From: an uncultured Clostridia bacterium
GTDB taxonomy: Bacteria; Bacillota; Clostridia; TANB77; CAG-508
Assembly (NCBI GenBank): GCA_947632745.1
Contig: CANRQH010000001.1
Location: 17,386-81,385 of the forward strand
Length of the DNA: 64,000 bases
Direction: 5' to 3'
Of this stretch, positions 10,438 to 21,145 are shown piece after piece. The translations under genes and the position numbers were made by a program. Every line of letters starts with the position of its first letter. Position 1 is the first letter of the stretch. Under the pieces are notes generated by a model that was not told the DNA's origin, searched no databases, and saw only the letters and a list, made by a program, of their open reading frames with translations.

Positions 10438-13400
10438 TTATTCATCTTCTTTTTTCTTAAGTACTATTTTCATTATTAATATAATACCTATTCCTAATGC
10501 AGATATTGCAATAGTTATTATTATTATATTTTTATTGCTTCTATCTTCACCAGTTGATGGCATTACTGTTAATGTTGTACTGCTATGGTAATCTGCGCCC
10601 CATGCCTTTTCCTTAGATAATGTTGTTAAATTATCTAAATTTAATTGAGTTATTCTTGCATCATTTATATATGAAGAATCATCCATTTCATTTCCATATA
10701 ATACTTTTGATACATAACTCATTGTTACACTTTCTCTTGTTGTAATACTATCCCATCCTGTTACTTTTACATGTACGTGTTTTGTTTGAGTTTTTTCATC
10801 ATATGTTTCTGTTACATTTTTTTCTGGAGTTACTGTTAATTTATTTTCTGTTACTATTCTACCTCCTGTGTTTGTAATTTTTGTTTCAGTAATTTTTTCT
10901 GGTAATTTATCATATTCATATTTTTCATCTAATTCATCTATTACTTCTTTTACTGTTATCTTTTTTAATTGTGATCCAGCTACTTTTTCTCCATATTTAA
11001 AGTACCATCCATAGTTTGGAGAGCTTTGCTCTTCTATATAATCTTCATATGAATTATTAGATATTGATACTTCATATGTTGTTTCTAATGAAGATCCATA
11101 TAATGATTCTTTTTCTATCTCTAATCTTGCATATTTACTTCCACCAGCTGTTTTACCATCTAGGTCTGATAAATAACGAGATATTCCTTGTTTAGGGTTT
11201 GAAGATACTAAAGAAGTACCTTGCGCATTTGCTAATTTTACGTTTGTTATTTTCTTCTCTACTTTTAAATCCTGAGGTGTCTCTTTTATTATTCCTAGGT
11301 TCATTTTATTATAGCTATTTTTATGAACATTTTCTGTTCTTTCTTTTTCACTACTTCCAAATATTTGTGTATCATTTTCTATTGATATACCTATCATTGG
11401 AGTATACGAATGGATTACCATTTTGTTTCCACTTCCATCTAGTATATATCCATCATCACTACTAACTTTTGTTCCTCCATTATATATACTTCCATCTTCA
11501 TTATATACAAATCCATTTGTCTTAGCTCTCTCCATTATATTGTCACTTGCTATTGAATAATCTCCTCCATCTGATGATTTATACCACTCTAACAATTCTT
11601 GTGCTGATTTATATGAATCATTTGTTATTCTTCCAGCATAATAATTTGTTAATGTAGTTATTGCATTTTGTATTTCTGCATTATTTTGCTTTTCAAATGA
11701 AGTCTTTTTCATTGCATTTTTTGCAACATTTGAAGTTACTATTGTAGATTTATAATCTCTTAAGTTAATGTCTACATTTCCCCCACTGCCTAAATCTACC
11801 ATTTTTTGTGTTCCATCTCCATAGGTATATTTTATGTAATAATATCCTGGCACAACTCCTACGAATTCATAATATCCACTATTATTTGTATATACTGCAT
11901 TTTGTGTTCCTGATGCATTTTTATCTGGATATCTATATACTGGATTTCCTGACCTATCTACTAACTCTACTTTTACAGCTTTTGCTCTATTTTTTTCATT
12001 ACCATCTATTACACCATTTCCTAGATTTTCGTTACCAGATCCAGGTGCTTTTGTATCTTCATATACTGTTCCGGTTAACTTTCTATCATCTCCTAATGAG
12101 ATTTTTAAGCATAATGCACTATCTTCTCCTGGTTTTATTACAGATTTGTGTGTATAGTATTTTTCGTTAACTGAGTTTGCATATCTTTTATTTACTGTTT
12201 CTTGTAACTTGTCTTTATTTTCCTTCCATACATTATCTTGTCTTATATAATCATGGTATCCCATTGATTTGGCAATTGATGGTTCTTTGTCATCTTCTTT
12301 AGTTCTTATAGATTCTCCACTTAAAATTCTTTCTAAAGCTGGTTCTTTAATTTTGAATTGTATATACGATCTTATTGTTTCCCCACCAGTTAAACCATTT
12401 TTATATACACTATTATTATTATTTATACTATAACTTGCTGTTCCATTTCCTGAATTTGACCATAATGCAAAGTCTGTACTATCTGTATTATTCTCGTTAT
12501 TACATAAGTCATATCTATTTGAATCATATTCGTTTGTTAATGAATTCAAGAACAATTTTTCTTCTCTGTATACTTTTGGTAAATTTAGTGCAGTTGTATT
12601 TGTTATATCTATTTTGTAAACTACATATACTTGCAACTTTCCTGAATTAGTCCATCTATCTTTCATACTATATGCTATATCACATGGATATATGGCATAT
12701 CTATTATAACTGTCTTTTGTATTTTGGACATTTACTTTTGGAACATAGTTTGAATTAATATCTGTTGCTTCTCCATATATATACGTATATGTATATCCAT
12801 TTAATTTTACTTTAATATAAGCTAATTCTTCTGATATAGTATATGTTGGATCTACTACATCTACCAATCCTAGGTTTATATTTTTTACTGTGTAATCTCT
12901 TTCATCATAATATCCTGTTATTGGAGTTTCTTTTAATTCATTTGATGTAGGTGGGTTTTTTGTATCATTACCATATATTTTGTTTGCAATTTTTTTATTG
13001 TTTTCTAGTATTGCATTAATATCCCACTTATTTGGTGTACGATATGTTACTGCTTCTCCTGTACCTGTTAATGCATTATCATCTAATTTTACATTTTCTT
13101 CTTGAGCTTTTGAGTTTATTTTAACATCTCTTCCTACAAATGGTGTTACTGTTATATATGCTTTATCATTATATATAAATTTTACATATCCATTTGCTAA
13201 ATCCCAATAGTAAATATCTCCTGAAGCATTTTTATTTTTCTTAGTAAATTTATAGTAACCTTTGTTATCTGTTGTAGTTGTAGCTATATTTGTACCATTT
13301 CCATCATATAATTCTACTGTTATTCCTTTTAATAATTTATCTTTACTTCCGTTTATATATAGCTCATCTGTCATTGCATTTTTTCCATTTGCTAAATCAT

Positions 13401-16400
13401 TCCATACATATCCCTCTAAAGAAGCTACTATTTTTTTATTTTCTATTGCTACTTCATAAGGAGCTTTTGCACCTTGATTTTTATTCAATGTTACAGTGCT
13501 TAATTTTACCCAATTTGGACATTTAGAGTCTGAACCATATCCTGTTTGTTTTGTTATATCATATCCTTTTGGAGCTTCTGTTTCATATATTGTATAATTT
13601 CCATAGCATAAGTTCTCTATTGTAACAGTTCCGTCACTCTTTGTTGTAAATTCATATCCCTTTTCTTTCGAGCTGATAGTACCTCCATCTTGTGTTACCC
13701 ATGCATTTTCTACATTAGAGTATAATTTAAATTTAGCACCTGCAAGTGTCATATCTATCTTAGAATCTTTTTTTATTATTTTTAAACTAGCAACTGTTAA
13801 CTCATTTTGAAAATATCCTCCACTTGGTAAAGCTGGTTTACTTTCGGTATTATCTGCTGAAACCTCTATTTCACCTAAATATACCCAACCATTTTGCTTA
13901 CTTATATTATCTTTTCCATATCCTGATTGTTCACTTAATTTATAAAATCTATTATCTGAAGATTTAATTTCATAAATTTTATACGTTCCTATATTTAGGT
14001 TATCTACTTGAAATTCACCATTATTGTTTGTTGTAAATGTTGTACTACCTTCTCCTGTTGTATTATTTTTGTAACTTATTGTTCCATCTTGAGCTTTTGT
14101 TACAAATCCATATTTTGTGCCATTATAATCTCTTTCATCTCTAAATAGCTTCATTTGTGTACCTGCTAGATTTACCTGTCCACTATGAGTAGATTTATCA
14201 GGTCCTTTTTTTACTATTTTGATACTTCCAACTGTCAGTTTATTTTCAAAATATCCTTTACTCGGTAAAGCTGGATTACTTTCGGTATTAGCTGTTGAAA
14301 CCTTTATTTCACCTAAATATACCCAACCATTTTGCTTACTTATATCATCTTTTCCATATCCTGGTTGTTCACTTAATTTATAAAATCCTTCATCTGAAGA
14401 TTTAATTTCATAAATTTTATATGTTCCTGTATCTAGGTTATCTACTTGAAATTCACCTTTAGCGTCTGTTGTAAATGTTGTACCACCATCTCCTGTTGTA
14501 TTATTTTTGTAACTTATTGTTCCATCTGAAGCTTTAACTACAAATCCATGGTTTGAATCACTTTCATTTCTAAATAACTTCATTTGTGTACCTGAAAGTC
14601 CAACTTGTTTGTTATGTGAAACTTTGTCAGGTCCTTTTTTTACTATTTTGATACTTCCAACTGTCAGTTTATTTTCAAAATATTCCTTACTCGGTAAAGC
14701 TGGATTACTTTTGGTATTTTCTGATGAAACCTCTATTTTACCTAAATATACCCAACCATTTTGCTTACTTATATCATCTTTTCCATATCCTGTTTGTCCA
14801 CTTAATTTATAAAAATGTTCATCTGGTGATTTAATCTCATAAATTCTATATGTTCCTGTATTTAATTTATCTACCTGGAACTCTCCATTACTATCTGTTG
14901 TAAATTTTGTTCCATTTACTCCTGTTGTATTATTTTGATAACTTATTGTTCCATCTTGAGCTCTAGTTACAAATCCATATTTCGTTTGATTAAAATCTTT
15001 TTCATCTCTAAATAACATCATTTGTGCATTCTCAAGATTTATTTGTTGATTATGATTATATATATAAGGTCCTTTCTTTATAACTTTTAAGCTTCCTGTA
15101 TTTGCATTATCTACTAAGTCTAAATCTACATTTACAAAGTCAGTATTTAATTCAAGAGTTAAGTAAGCAGGATTATTTTCATTAATTGTAACTGTTCCAT
15201 TATTTGATGTTATCGTTGCTTTTATAATTTCCGGTCTATATTCTTCATTTTCTCCTATTGATGTTTCTATTAGCATATATTTTCCTGTTTTTAAACCATA
15301 TATTTTAATTTCTCCATTTTCATTTGTAGTTAATGGTTGAGGATCTGTGTAATATTTTACAAAACCTTGATTATCAATACCTACATAAGAACCTCCTCCA
15401 AGTAATTTTAAATTAAATGTTACTCCTTTTAACGCATCTTTTGTTTTCATTACACTTCCATTATTAACTTTTGCTCCACCAGCTTTTTTTATTGTTAAAT
15501 TTATTTTATTACCATCTTCTACCGGTATTTCTATTTTTCCAGCTTTAAATTCTTCTTCATGTATTTCCGCATATACTAACCTTTGCTTAGTATTACCTGC
15601 AGATTTTAACATATATAAATTTGCCCAATATCTGTTTGCATATTTAGACGGAACTTCCATATTAATCTTAGTAATTTGATAATTAGAATATGGACAATAT
15701 ACATAAATTTTGTCAAAACGTTCTATGTCTTCTATATTATTTATTGGTGTCTTTTTATCTTCTTTGTATAATTTAAATATATCGCTATTGTTATTTGTAT
15801 CTTTTGTTATTTTAAAAGTATTATCACGTTTATTACCACTTGCATCTATAGTTGTATATGATATATTTATTTCTTTAATACAAGCAGTTCTACCAAAATA
15901 CACTGAAAATTCAATATATCCATCGCTATCTCTCTTAGCTGCATCCGCCTTTACACCATTAACATACCAGTCTGTATTTACTCCACTTTCATTCCACGTA
16001 TCAAGTATGAAATCTGTTAAATCATCATCTTTTTCTAGTTTTGACTCTTCAAGATCGTCTCTATTTACTTTTTGTTCCCAACAGTTATAACACATACACC
16101 AATTTGTGTTTTCATGTTTTATATCCAAAGAAATAGTATAGTCCGAATACATCCCATTCCAATACTTCCAAAGTGCCTTTTGTCTTTCAGAACCTCCTTC
16201 TTTTTGCCATCCCCATCCCCAATTTAAATTTTCTTTTGGTTCTGGAAAACAAAGGTATGCTAGCATGTTATTCGTATTCATATCCGGCCACGTATAATCT
16301 GTCGTTCTATCTTTCATATGTAGCCTTCTTTTATCAGAATGTATCTCCATTATTCCTTCTACTTTATAATTAGTATCTGTAGTCAAACTTCCAGCATGAT

Positions 16401-16572
16401 TAATACAATAAAGATTAGGTTGACCTTTTAAGTCATTCTCATTAATAATCAATTCTTGACCTATCCATGTAGGTATATCAAAAGCTTGTACTTTGCCTTT
16501 AGTTAGAAATAATAATAATATAGCTAATGTAAATGTAAATATTATTTTCATAAAATTTTTTGAATTTTTCAC
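10438..16572 (-). CDS. Giant sortase-anchored adhesin, 2044 aa. It has a signal peptide, an N-terminal putative thioester-like domain, about 4 tandem Cna-B-type repeats and SdrD-B-like domains. The C-terminal sorting signal is MPSTGE followed by a TM segment and a KKKEDE tail.
   Basis: GTG start with an RBS (aaaggag). Tandem repeats of the form 'VKKGPDK..TQMKLFR..GFVTKAQDGTISYKNNTTG..TTFTTD..GEFQVDNL.TGTYKIYEIKSSD' are present. The classic Cna-B signature 'GNYTIYETEAPKGYD' is present. 'LEGYVWNDLANGK...GITVELYDGNG...DNKGYYKF' fits an SdrD-B-like domain. The N-terminus contains 'LYCINHAGS' and 'SERQKALWKYW'. The C-terminus is 'VMPSTGEDRSNKNIIIITIAISALGIGIILIMKIVLKKKEDE'. Confidence 0.8.
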   Translation of the reverse strand: MKNSKNFMKIIFTFTLAILLLFLTKGKVQAFDIPTWIGQELIINENDLKGQPNLYCINHAGSLTTDTNYKVEGIMEIHSDKRRLHMKDRTTDYTWPDMNTNNMLAYLCFPEPKENLNWGWGWQKEGGSERQKALWKYWNGMYSDYTISLDIKHENTNWCMCYNCWEQKVNRDDLEESKLEKDDDLTDFILDTWNESGVNTDWYVNGVKADAAKRDSDGYIEFSVYFGRTACIKEINISYTTIDASGNKRDNTFKITKDTNNNSDIFKLYKEDKKTPINNIEDIERFDKIYVYCPYSNYQITKINMEVPSKYANRYWANLYMLKSAGNTKQRLVYAEIHEEEFKAGKIEIPVEDGNKINLTIKKAGGAKVNNGSVMKTKDALKGVTFNLKLLGGGSYVGIDNQGFVKYYTDPQPLTTNENGEIKIYGLKTGKYMLIETSIGENEEYRPEIIKATITSNNGTVTINENNPAYLTLELNTDFVNVDLDLVDNANTGSLKVIKKGPYIYNHNQQINLENAQMMLFRDEKDFNQTKYGFVTRAQDGTISYQNNTTGVNGTKFTTDSNGEFQVDKLNTGTYRIYEIKSPDEHFYKLSGQTGYGKDDISKQNGWVYLGKIEVSSENTKSNPALPSKEYFENKLTVGSIKIVKKGPDKVSHNKQVGLSGTQMKLFRNESDSNHGFVVKASDGTISYKNNTTGDGGTTFTTDAKGEFQVDNLDTGTYKIYEIKSSDEGFYKLSEQPGYGKDDISKQNGWVYLGEIKVSTANTESNPALPSKGYFENKLTVGSIKIVKKGPDKSTHSGQVNLAGTQMKLFRDERDYNGTKYGFVTKAQDGTISYKNNTTGEGSTTFTTNNNGEFQVDNLNIGTYKIYEIKSSDNRFYKLSEQSGYGKDNISKQNGWVYLGEIEVSADNTESKPALPSGGYFQNELTVASLKIIKKDSKIDMTLAGAKFKLYSNVENAWVTQDGGTISSKEKGYEFTTKSDGTVTIENLCYGNYTIYETEAPKGYDITKQTGYGSDSKCPNWVKLSTVTLNKNQGAKAPYEVAIENKKIVASLEGYVWNDLANGKNAMTDELYINGSKDKLLKGITVELYDGNGTNIATTTTDNKGYYKFTKKNKNASGDIYYWDLANGYVKFIYNDKAYITVTPFVGRDVKINSKAQEENVKLDDNALTGTGEAVTYRTPNKWDINAILENNKKIANKIYGNDTKNPPTSNELKETPITGYYDERDYTVKNINLGLVDVVDPTYTISEELAYIKVKLNGYTYTYIYGEATDINSNYVPKVNVQNTKDSYNRYAIYPCDIAYSMKDRWTNSGKLQVYVVYKIDITNTTALNLPKVYREEKLFLNSLTNEYDSNRYDLCNNENNTDSTDFALWSNSGNGTASYSINNNNSVYKNGLTGGETIRSYIQFKIKEPALERILSGESIRTKEDDKEPSIAKSMGYHDYIRQDNVWKENKDKLQETVNKRYANSVNEKYYTHKSVIKPGEDSALCLKISLGDDRKLTGTVYEDTKAPGSGNENLGNGVIDGNEKNRAKAVKVELVDRSGNPVYRYPDKNASGTQNAVYTNNSGYYEFVGVVPGYYYIKYTYGDGTQKMVDLGSGGNVDINLRDYKSTIVTSNVAKNAMKKTSFEKQNNAEIQNAITTLTNYYAGRITNDSYKSAQELLEWYKSSDGGDYSIASDNIMERAKTNGFVYNEDGSIYNGGTKVSSDDGYILDGSGNKMVIHSYTPMIGISIENDTQIFGSSEKERTENVHKNSYNKMNLGIIKETPQDLKVEKKITNVKLANAQGTSLVSSNPKQGISRYLSDLDGKTAGGSKYARLEIEKESLYGSSLETTYEVSISNNSYEDYIEEQSSPNYGWYFKYGEKVAGSQLKKITVKEVIDELDEKYEYDKLPEKITETKITNTGGRIVTENKLTVTPEKNVTETYDEKTQTKHVHVKVTGWDSITTRESVTMSYVSKVLYGNEMDDSSYINDARITQLNLDNLTTLSKEKAWGADYHSSTTLTVMPSTGEDRSNKNIIIITIAISALGIGIILIMKIVLKKKEDE
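13690..15100 (-). repeat. Intragenic tandem repeats, about 3-4 × ~430 bp, encoding the Cna-B-like modules of the 2044-aa adhesin.
   Basis: Recurring blocks such as 'tttactattttgatacttccaactgtcagtttattttcaaaatatcc...ctcggtaaagctggattactttcggtatt' occur at about 13.78, 14.21 and 14.64 kb. Confidence 0.65.
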
Positions 16573-16589
16573 CTTTATTTCTCCTTTCT

Positions 16590-19500
16590 TTAAAATTTTA
16601 TAAATGTATTTATTATCCTTTTTTTAATTAGATATGCCACTAATACTATTATTACTAACATTGATATCATTATGAAAATAAAGTTTATAACAGCACCTGT
16701 CTTTACACTTATAATTAAATCACATGACCCCATATCATCTTCTGATTTTTGTTTATTTCCTACAGTAGAGTCTATGTCTTTTACATTTAGTGAATTGTAA
16801 TCTTCTGTTATTTCTGCTGTGTTGTTTACTAATCCTGTATTTGTTTCTGTCATTGTTTTTGTTAATACTAATGTTACTTCTTTTGTCTCTCCTGGCTCTA
16901 TTTTTGTATTTGACAAAGCTTTTGAATATAGAGTATTTCCTGACTGATACCAATTTGAATTTAACTCAGAGTTAAATGCTAAATCCACTGGCTTATAATC
17001 TGCTATATTTTTTGCATATCCTGCTATTTCTCCTGTATTTGTTACTCTTATTTTATATTCTACAACTACTGTTGAACCACTTAAATTTTTTGCTTTTATA
17101 TCTACTTTTGCAAGTTTTACATTATCGTAATTTGTAACTGTTGTTCCTGCTGAATTAGCTACTGTTACTTTACTTATTGTTTTTGAAAGTTCTAAATCAA
17201 ATGTTTTTGCTTCTACTAAACCTATATCTATATTAGTTAAATTATTTCCACTTATAGTTAATGTATCTGTTGATGCAACATTTTGTTCTTGTCCATTTAT
17301 ATTTAGTGTAACATTTTCTACATCTGAGTTTCTACTATCCTGAACTCCATCTGCATGATATGAAGTTAATATATATTTTTCTTTATCATATTCAAATATT
17401 GCAATATATCTACCATTTTGAATTTGTGATAGTGAATATGTTCCATTACTAGAAGTTACTCCTGTTGTTATTTCATTATTTGTATCTATATCAATTAAAG
17501 AAACTTGTATTCCTTCCAAATTTTTTTCATTTGAATCTCTTTGTCCATCTTCATTTTCATCAAACCATGCTGTACCTGAAATTACATATGTATCTTGCTT
17601 TTCACCATTACCTCCATTTGGGTTATCTTTATCATCATTTCCATTATCCCCATTTGGGTTATCTTTATCATCATTTGGGTTATTATCATCACCTTGTCCT
17701 TCATTGCCGCTTCCGCCTTCATCTCCGCCGTCTCCTTCATCTCCGCCGTCTCCTGGATTTTCACTATCTCCTCCTGGAATTGTAGGTATTTCTGGATCAG
17801 GAACAAATGGCTCTCTTTCTTCACCAACTAATATATGTGTAACTTCATTTGATGTTCCTAATAACATATAATCATCATATATATTTGCTATATTTTTTAC
17901 TTGTTGCTTTTCTGCATAAATCATATCATCTGGTACAGATGCTTGTACATTAACATTTATTGTTGTTTCTATTGGTAATGGATACTCTACTTCTATAATC
18001 CAATTTTCATCTCTATCTAAATAACTTTCATATTCTACATCAGTTTCATCAACTGTAATTTTTTCTATATTTAGGACACCTGTCATTTGTTGTTCTATTT
18101 TAAAACGTTTTATATCATCATTTCCCTCATTTTTTATTACCATATTATAATTAACTTTGTCTCCAGCTCGTATTTCAGCCCCCTCATTTTCAGATGACAT
18201 AGTTATAGAAGCTCTTATGTCTTTTATATCTTCTACAATTTGATATGAGCGATATTTATTATTTGCAACTGCTTCAACATATGCTTTGCTTCCTTCTCCT
18301 TTATTAAGTTGCATTTGGAATGTAAATTTCTTAGTTTCATTTTTTTGTATTTCACTAATTACAAAATTACCATCATCTCCTATTGGTATTTCATCAAATG
18401 AATCATAAATTAGTAAATTGCTTCTAAGCTCTCCTTCTCCTATATTTATTGTTACATCATTTAAAGTATTATTACTTAAATTTTGTACTTCTAACATATA
18501 CATATAAAAGCTTTCAGCTTTACTTTTCATTTCTACTCTGTCCATCATTATTACACTTACTTTTAAATCTGCTTTTTCTATTTTATGGTTTATACTTTTT
18601 CTTTCTTCTAAATTGTCATACTGTACAGTTATATTATTTGTTAAATCTGTATCAGTTGCAATGTCTGAATTTAACATAATTTCATATTTATACTTTACAG
18701 TTTGTCCAACTTGAACATTTTCTAAAGTTGTAGATGGTGTTCTGTCGTTAATTTCTACAAATTTATCGTCTCTACCGCTTCCTACATATCCACCGCCTTC
18801 TTCATCTTCTTTTGGTGCTAATTTTGTAAATTCTACATATTTAGTATTTGCTGGCACACTTCCTGTTACTGTTAATGCATTTATTGTTTCTGCTCCTGTG
18901 TTTTCTACTGTTACTTCATATGTTACAACTTCTCCACTATATATTTTTCCTCCTTCTGGTATTTCATCTCCTCCGACATAAGCTTTTACAGTAGTTGCTA
19001 CTTGTTTTTGTCCTGGTACTGGATCTGAAATGGTTGGTATATTTTCTTTTTGTTGTAACTGTTGTTCTTCTACTTGAACTCCTCCTTCTACCTTAATTGG
19101 AACTTGAGTTGTTCCATTGTCTAAATATTCTGTTGCTATTTCATTTGTATAATTTAAAGTTATATTTTCATCGCTATCTACTGTTGATTTGTCTAATTCT
19201 AGGTTAGCATATATTATTAAAGTTGTTCCTTCTATTACTTCTGTGTTATATGAATTTTGAGTTCCAGAAAGAGACACATTCATTATATAATTTTCATTTT
19301 CTTTTGTTATTGTCGCCTGATTTAAACCTAATCCATTTCCATATAGTAATCTACATTTTGGTTCAATAACCTTTGTAACTTCTTTTGGCAATGTTACTCT
19401 TATTGTTGGATTTTGATATAAGTCTTTGCTTTCATCATTATTTTTTAATGCTACTGTTATTTTTACATTTTTATTTTGTTCTATTGATGATAATTTTGTT

Positions 19501-21095
19501 ACATTTACTTTTAAGTCTGCTTCTGATGATGTATTTTTTAATTCTATTCTTGATTCTTTTGTATTATTTTCTTTTGAATCATAACTTCCACTTATTGTTT
19601 CTTTTATATTTGTTAATATATTTATTTGTTCTCTTGTGTATCCACTATTTAATATAGCCTTTTTGTTTTCTACATTTAATGTTCCTATTTTTATTGGTTT
19701 ACTTGTTATTATTTCTATTTTACTTGTATTTTCAGTTATTATTATATTTCCATTTTCATCTGCTTGAGCTTCTTTTGTTATATTTGCTATTACATTTCCT
19801 GCTTCATCTTTTATTGTTATATATCCTTCTTCGCCAAATATTTTTATAAATTCATCTTTGTTTATTTTTGTTTCTTTATATATAGTATTTGCTTCAAATT
19901 CATTATCTCCTACTAAATATGTTGCTTTATTGGCTTTTAAAGATATTGTATTTGCTATATCTAAAAAGTCTACATTTATTTTATTTTTCTCTGTATATTC
20001 TCTTTCTTCTCCTGTATATATTCTTCCTTTATATATACCGTCTTCATTATTTGTTAATGAATATGATACTATTCCATCTTTCTCTTTATCTATATGAACA
20101 TTAGCTGAGTTTGATAATTCTTTATTGTCATAAGTATTTATTTTGCTATTTACTACTATTTCTTTATTTGTTATGTTTTCATTTTTGTCTAATATATATG
20201 TTACAACTATTTCGTCTACTGCATTTTTACTCCAATTTATACTATTTTTGTTTTCATTTAAAAGTTTTATTGTTAAATCTTGATTTTCTTTATTATATAT
20301 ATAATTTCCTTGACCAAATTCAATATTTTTATTTGTTCCTGCTGTACTTCTTGCATGTACTCTTACTTCTTGTACATTTTCTATTGTATTTAATTTTATT
20401 TCTGTATTTTTTATAGGATAATTATTGTTAGTAACTCTGCTTCCTATTAATATTTGTACTACTCTTTTTTCTTCTCCATTTATGTTATATATACAATTTG
20501 TTAAGATTCCTGAACTTATTTGAGCTTTTATTTCTTCATTTGATTTCCATTTTATTTCTACTACTGATGCACCCTTTATATCTATATATTTGTCTTTTTC
20601 TGCACTTTTACTATTTACATACTGTCCTTGTAACATTACTTCTGTTTTAGAATTTAACATTGTTTCTGTTATTGTTTCTTCTTTTATTGCTGATATTTTT
20701 AATTTTATTGTTTCTGTGCTTCCCGCATTTATTTGGTTTAATGTTACTTGGTTACCAGATATTGAAGATATTGTTGGACTTAATATTTCTTCACTTATTT
20801 TAAAGTTGCTATTATTTAGAAGTATACTTCCATTAAAATATCCCTCATTTTTTACAGACAAATCTACATACAAATATTCTTCTTTGTCTATATCCCTTTC
20901 TATTGTTTCAATTTTTTCTCCATTTTCATCCACAAAATATGCTGTGAACTCTATATTTGAACTATTTGTTTTTACCACGTCTATTGCATATGAAATTACA
21001 GATGCCCCAACAAATAAAACATCTGAGATTACAAGCATAAATATTATTAAAACTGCTGTGATTTTACTAACTAAATTATTTTTTAAAATGTTCAT
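16590..21095 (-). CDS. Cell-wall-anchored surface protein, 1501 aa, a paralog of the 5540..10246 gene with DUF11-like and SdrD-B-like domains. The acidic linker is of the GDGGDEG type. The sorting signal is SVKTGA followed by a TM segment and a KKR tail.
   Basis: Full ORF with an RBS (aagaggagga). Only 17 nt separate it from the downstream 2044-aa gene, suggesting translational coupling in one operon. The protein aligns along its whole length with the 1568-aa protein. This includes a ~300-aa block that is about 100% identical (NKELSNSANVHIDKEKDGIVSYSL ... KITVALKNNDESKDLYQNPT). Confidence 0.8.
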   Translation of the reverse strand: MNILKNNLVSKITAVLIIFMLVISDVLFVGASVISYAIDVVKTNSSNIEFTAYFVDENGEKIETIERDIDKEEYLYVDLSVKNEGYFNGSILLNNSNFKISEEILSPTISSISGNQVTLNQINAGSTETIKLKISAIKEETITETMLNSKTEVMLQGQYVNSKSAEKDKYIDIKGASVVEIKWKSNEEIKAQISSGILTNCIYNINGEEKRVVQILIGSRVTNNNYPIKNTEIKLNTIENVQEVRVHARSTAGTNKNIEFGQGNYIYNKENQDLTIKLLNENKNSINWSKNAVDEIVVTYILDKNENITNKEIVVNSKINTYDNKELSNSANVHIDKEKDGIVSYSLTNNEDGIYKGRIYTGEEREYTEKNKINVDFLDIANTISLKANKATYLVGDNEFEANTIYKETKINKDEFIKIFGEEGYITIKDEAGNVIANITKEAQADENGNIIITENTSKIEIITSKPIKIGTLNVENKKAILNSGYTREQINILTNIKETISGSYDSKENNTKESRIELKNTSSEADLKVNVTKLSSIEQNKNVKITVALKNNDESKDLYQNPTIRVTLPKEVTKVIEPKCRLLYGNGLGLNQATITKENENYIMNVSLSGTQNSYNTEVIEGTTLIIYANLELDKSTVDSDENITLNYTNEIATEYLDNGTTQVPIKVEGGVQVEEQQLQQKENIPTISDPVPGQKQVATTVKAYVGGDEIPEGGKIYSGEVVTYEVTVENTGAETINALTVTGSVPANTKYVEFTKLAPKEDEEGGGYVGSGRDDKFVEINDRTPSTTLENVQVGQTVKYKYEIMLNSDIATDTDLTNNITVQYDNLEERKSINHKIEKADLKVSVIMMDRVEMKSKAESFYMYMLEVQNLSNNTLNDVTINIGEGELRSNLLIYDSFDEIPIGDDGNFVISEIQKNETKKFTFQMQLNKGEGSKAYVEAVANNKYRSYQIVEDIKDIRASITMSSENEGAEIRAGDKVNYNMVIKNEGNDDIKRFKIEQQMTGVLNIEKITVDETDVEYESYLDRDENWIIEVEYPLPIETTINVNVQASVPDDMIYAEKQQVKNIANIYDDYMLLGTSNEVTHILVGEEREPFVPDPEIPTIPGGDSENPGDGGDEGDGGDEGGSGNEGQGDDNNPNDDKDNPNGDNGNDDKDNPNGGNGEKQDTYVISGTAWFDENEDGQRDSNEKNLEGIQVSLIDIDTNNEITTGVTSSNGTYSLSQIQNGRYIAIFEYDKEKYILTSYHADGVQDSRNSDVENVTLNINGQEQNVASTDTLTISGNNLTNIDIGLVEAKTFDLELSKTISKVTVANSAGTTVTNYDNVKLAKVDIKAKNLSGSTVVVEYKIRVTNTGEIAGYAKNIADYKPVDLAFNSELNSNWYQSGNTLYSKALSNTKIEPGETKEVTLVLTKTMTETNTGLVNNTAEITEDYNSLNVKDIDSTVGNKQKSEDDMGSCDLIISVKTGAVINFIFIMISMLVIIVLVAYLIKKRIINTFIKF

Positions 21096-21115
21096 ATAGA
21101 TTCCTCCTCTTTTCT

Positions 21116-21145
21116 ATTATAAGAAAATTTATTTTTTTAAGTCAA
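21116..21145 (-). promoter_or_regulatory. Strong sigma-A-type promoter for the adhesin operon (1501-aa and 2044-aa genes).
   Basis: The minus strand reads TTGACT (plus 21140-21145), a 17-18-nt spacer, then TATAAT (plus 21116-21121). About 20 nt further downstream is the RBS aagaggagga and the ATG at 21095. The 5' UTR is short, so there is no room for a riboswitch. Confidence 0.6.

Noticed and set aside
16753-16953. A 66-aa Arg/Lys-rich minus-strand ORF near the 3' end of the 1501-aa gene.
   Set aside because: It is out of frame within the C-terminal coding region of the adhesin. It has no RBS. It is a basic translation of low-complexity sequence.
16-21099. Many 60-280-aa plus-strand ORFs (for example 304..636, 6211..7041, 8512..9000, 19385..19657, 20590..21099) lie across the adhesin region.
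   Set aside because: They are antisense to the giant minus-strand genes. Their translations are Leu/Phe/Tyr/Ile-rich low-complexity strings typical of the antisense strand of AT-rich coding DNA. Several are near-identical only because the underlying genes are repeated.
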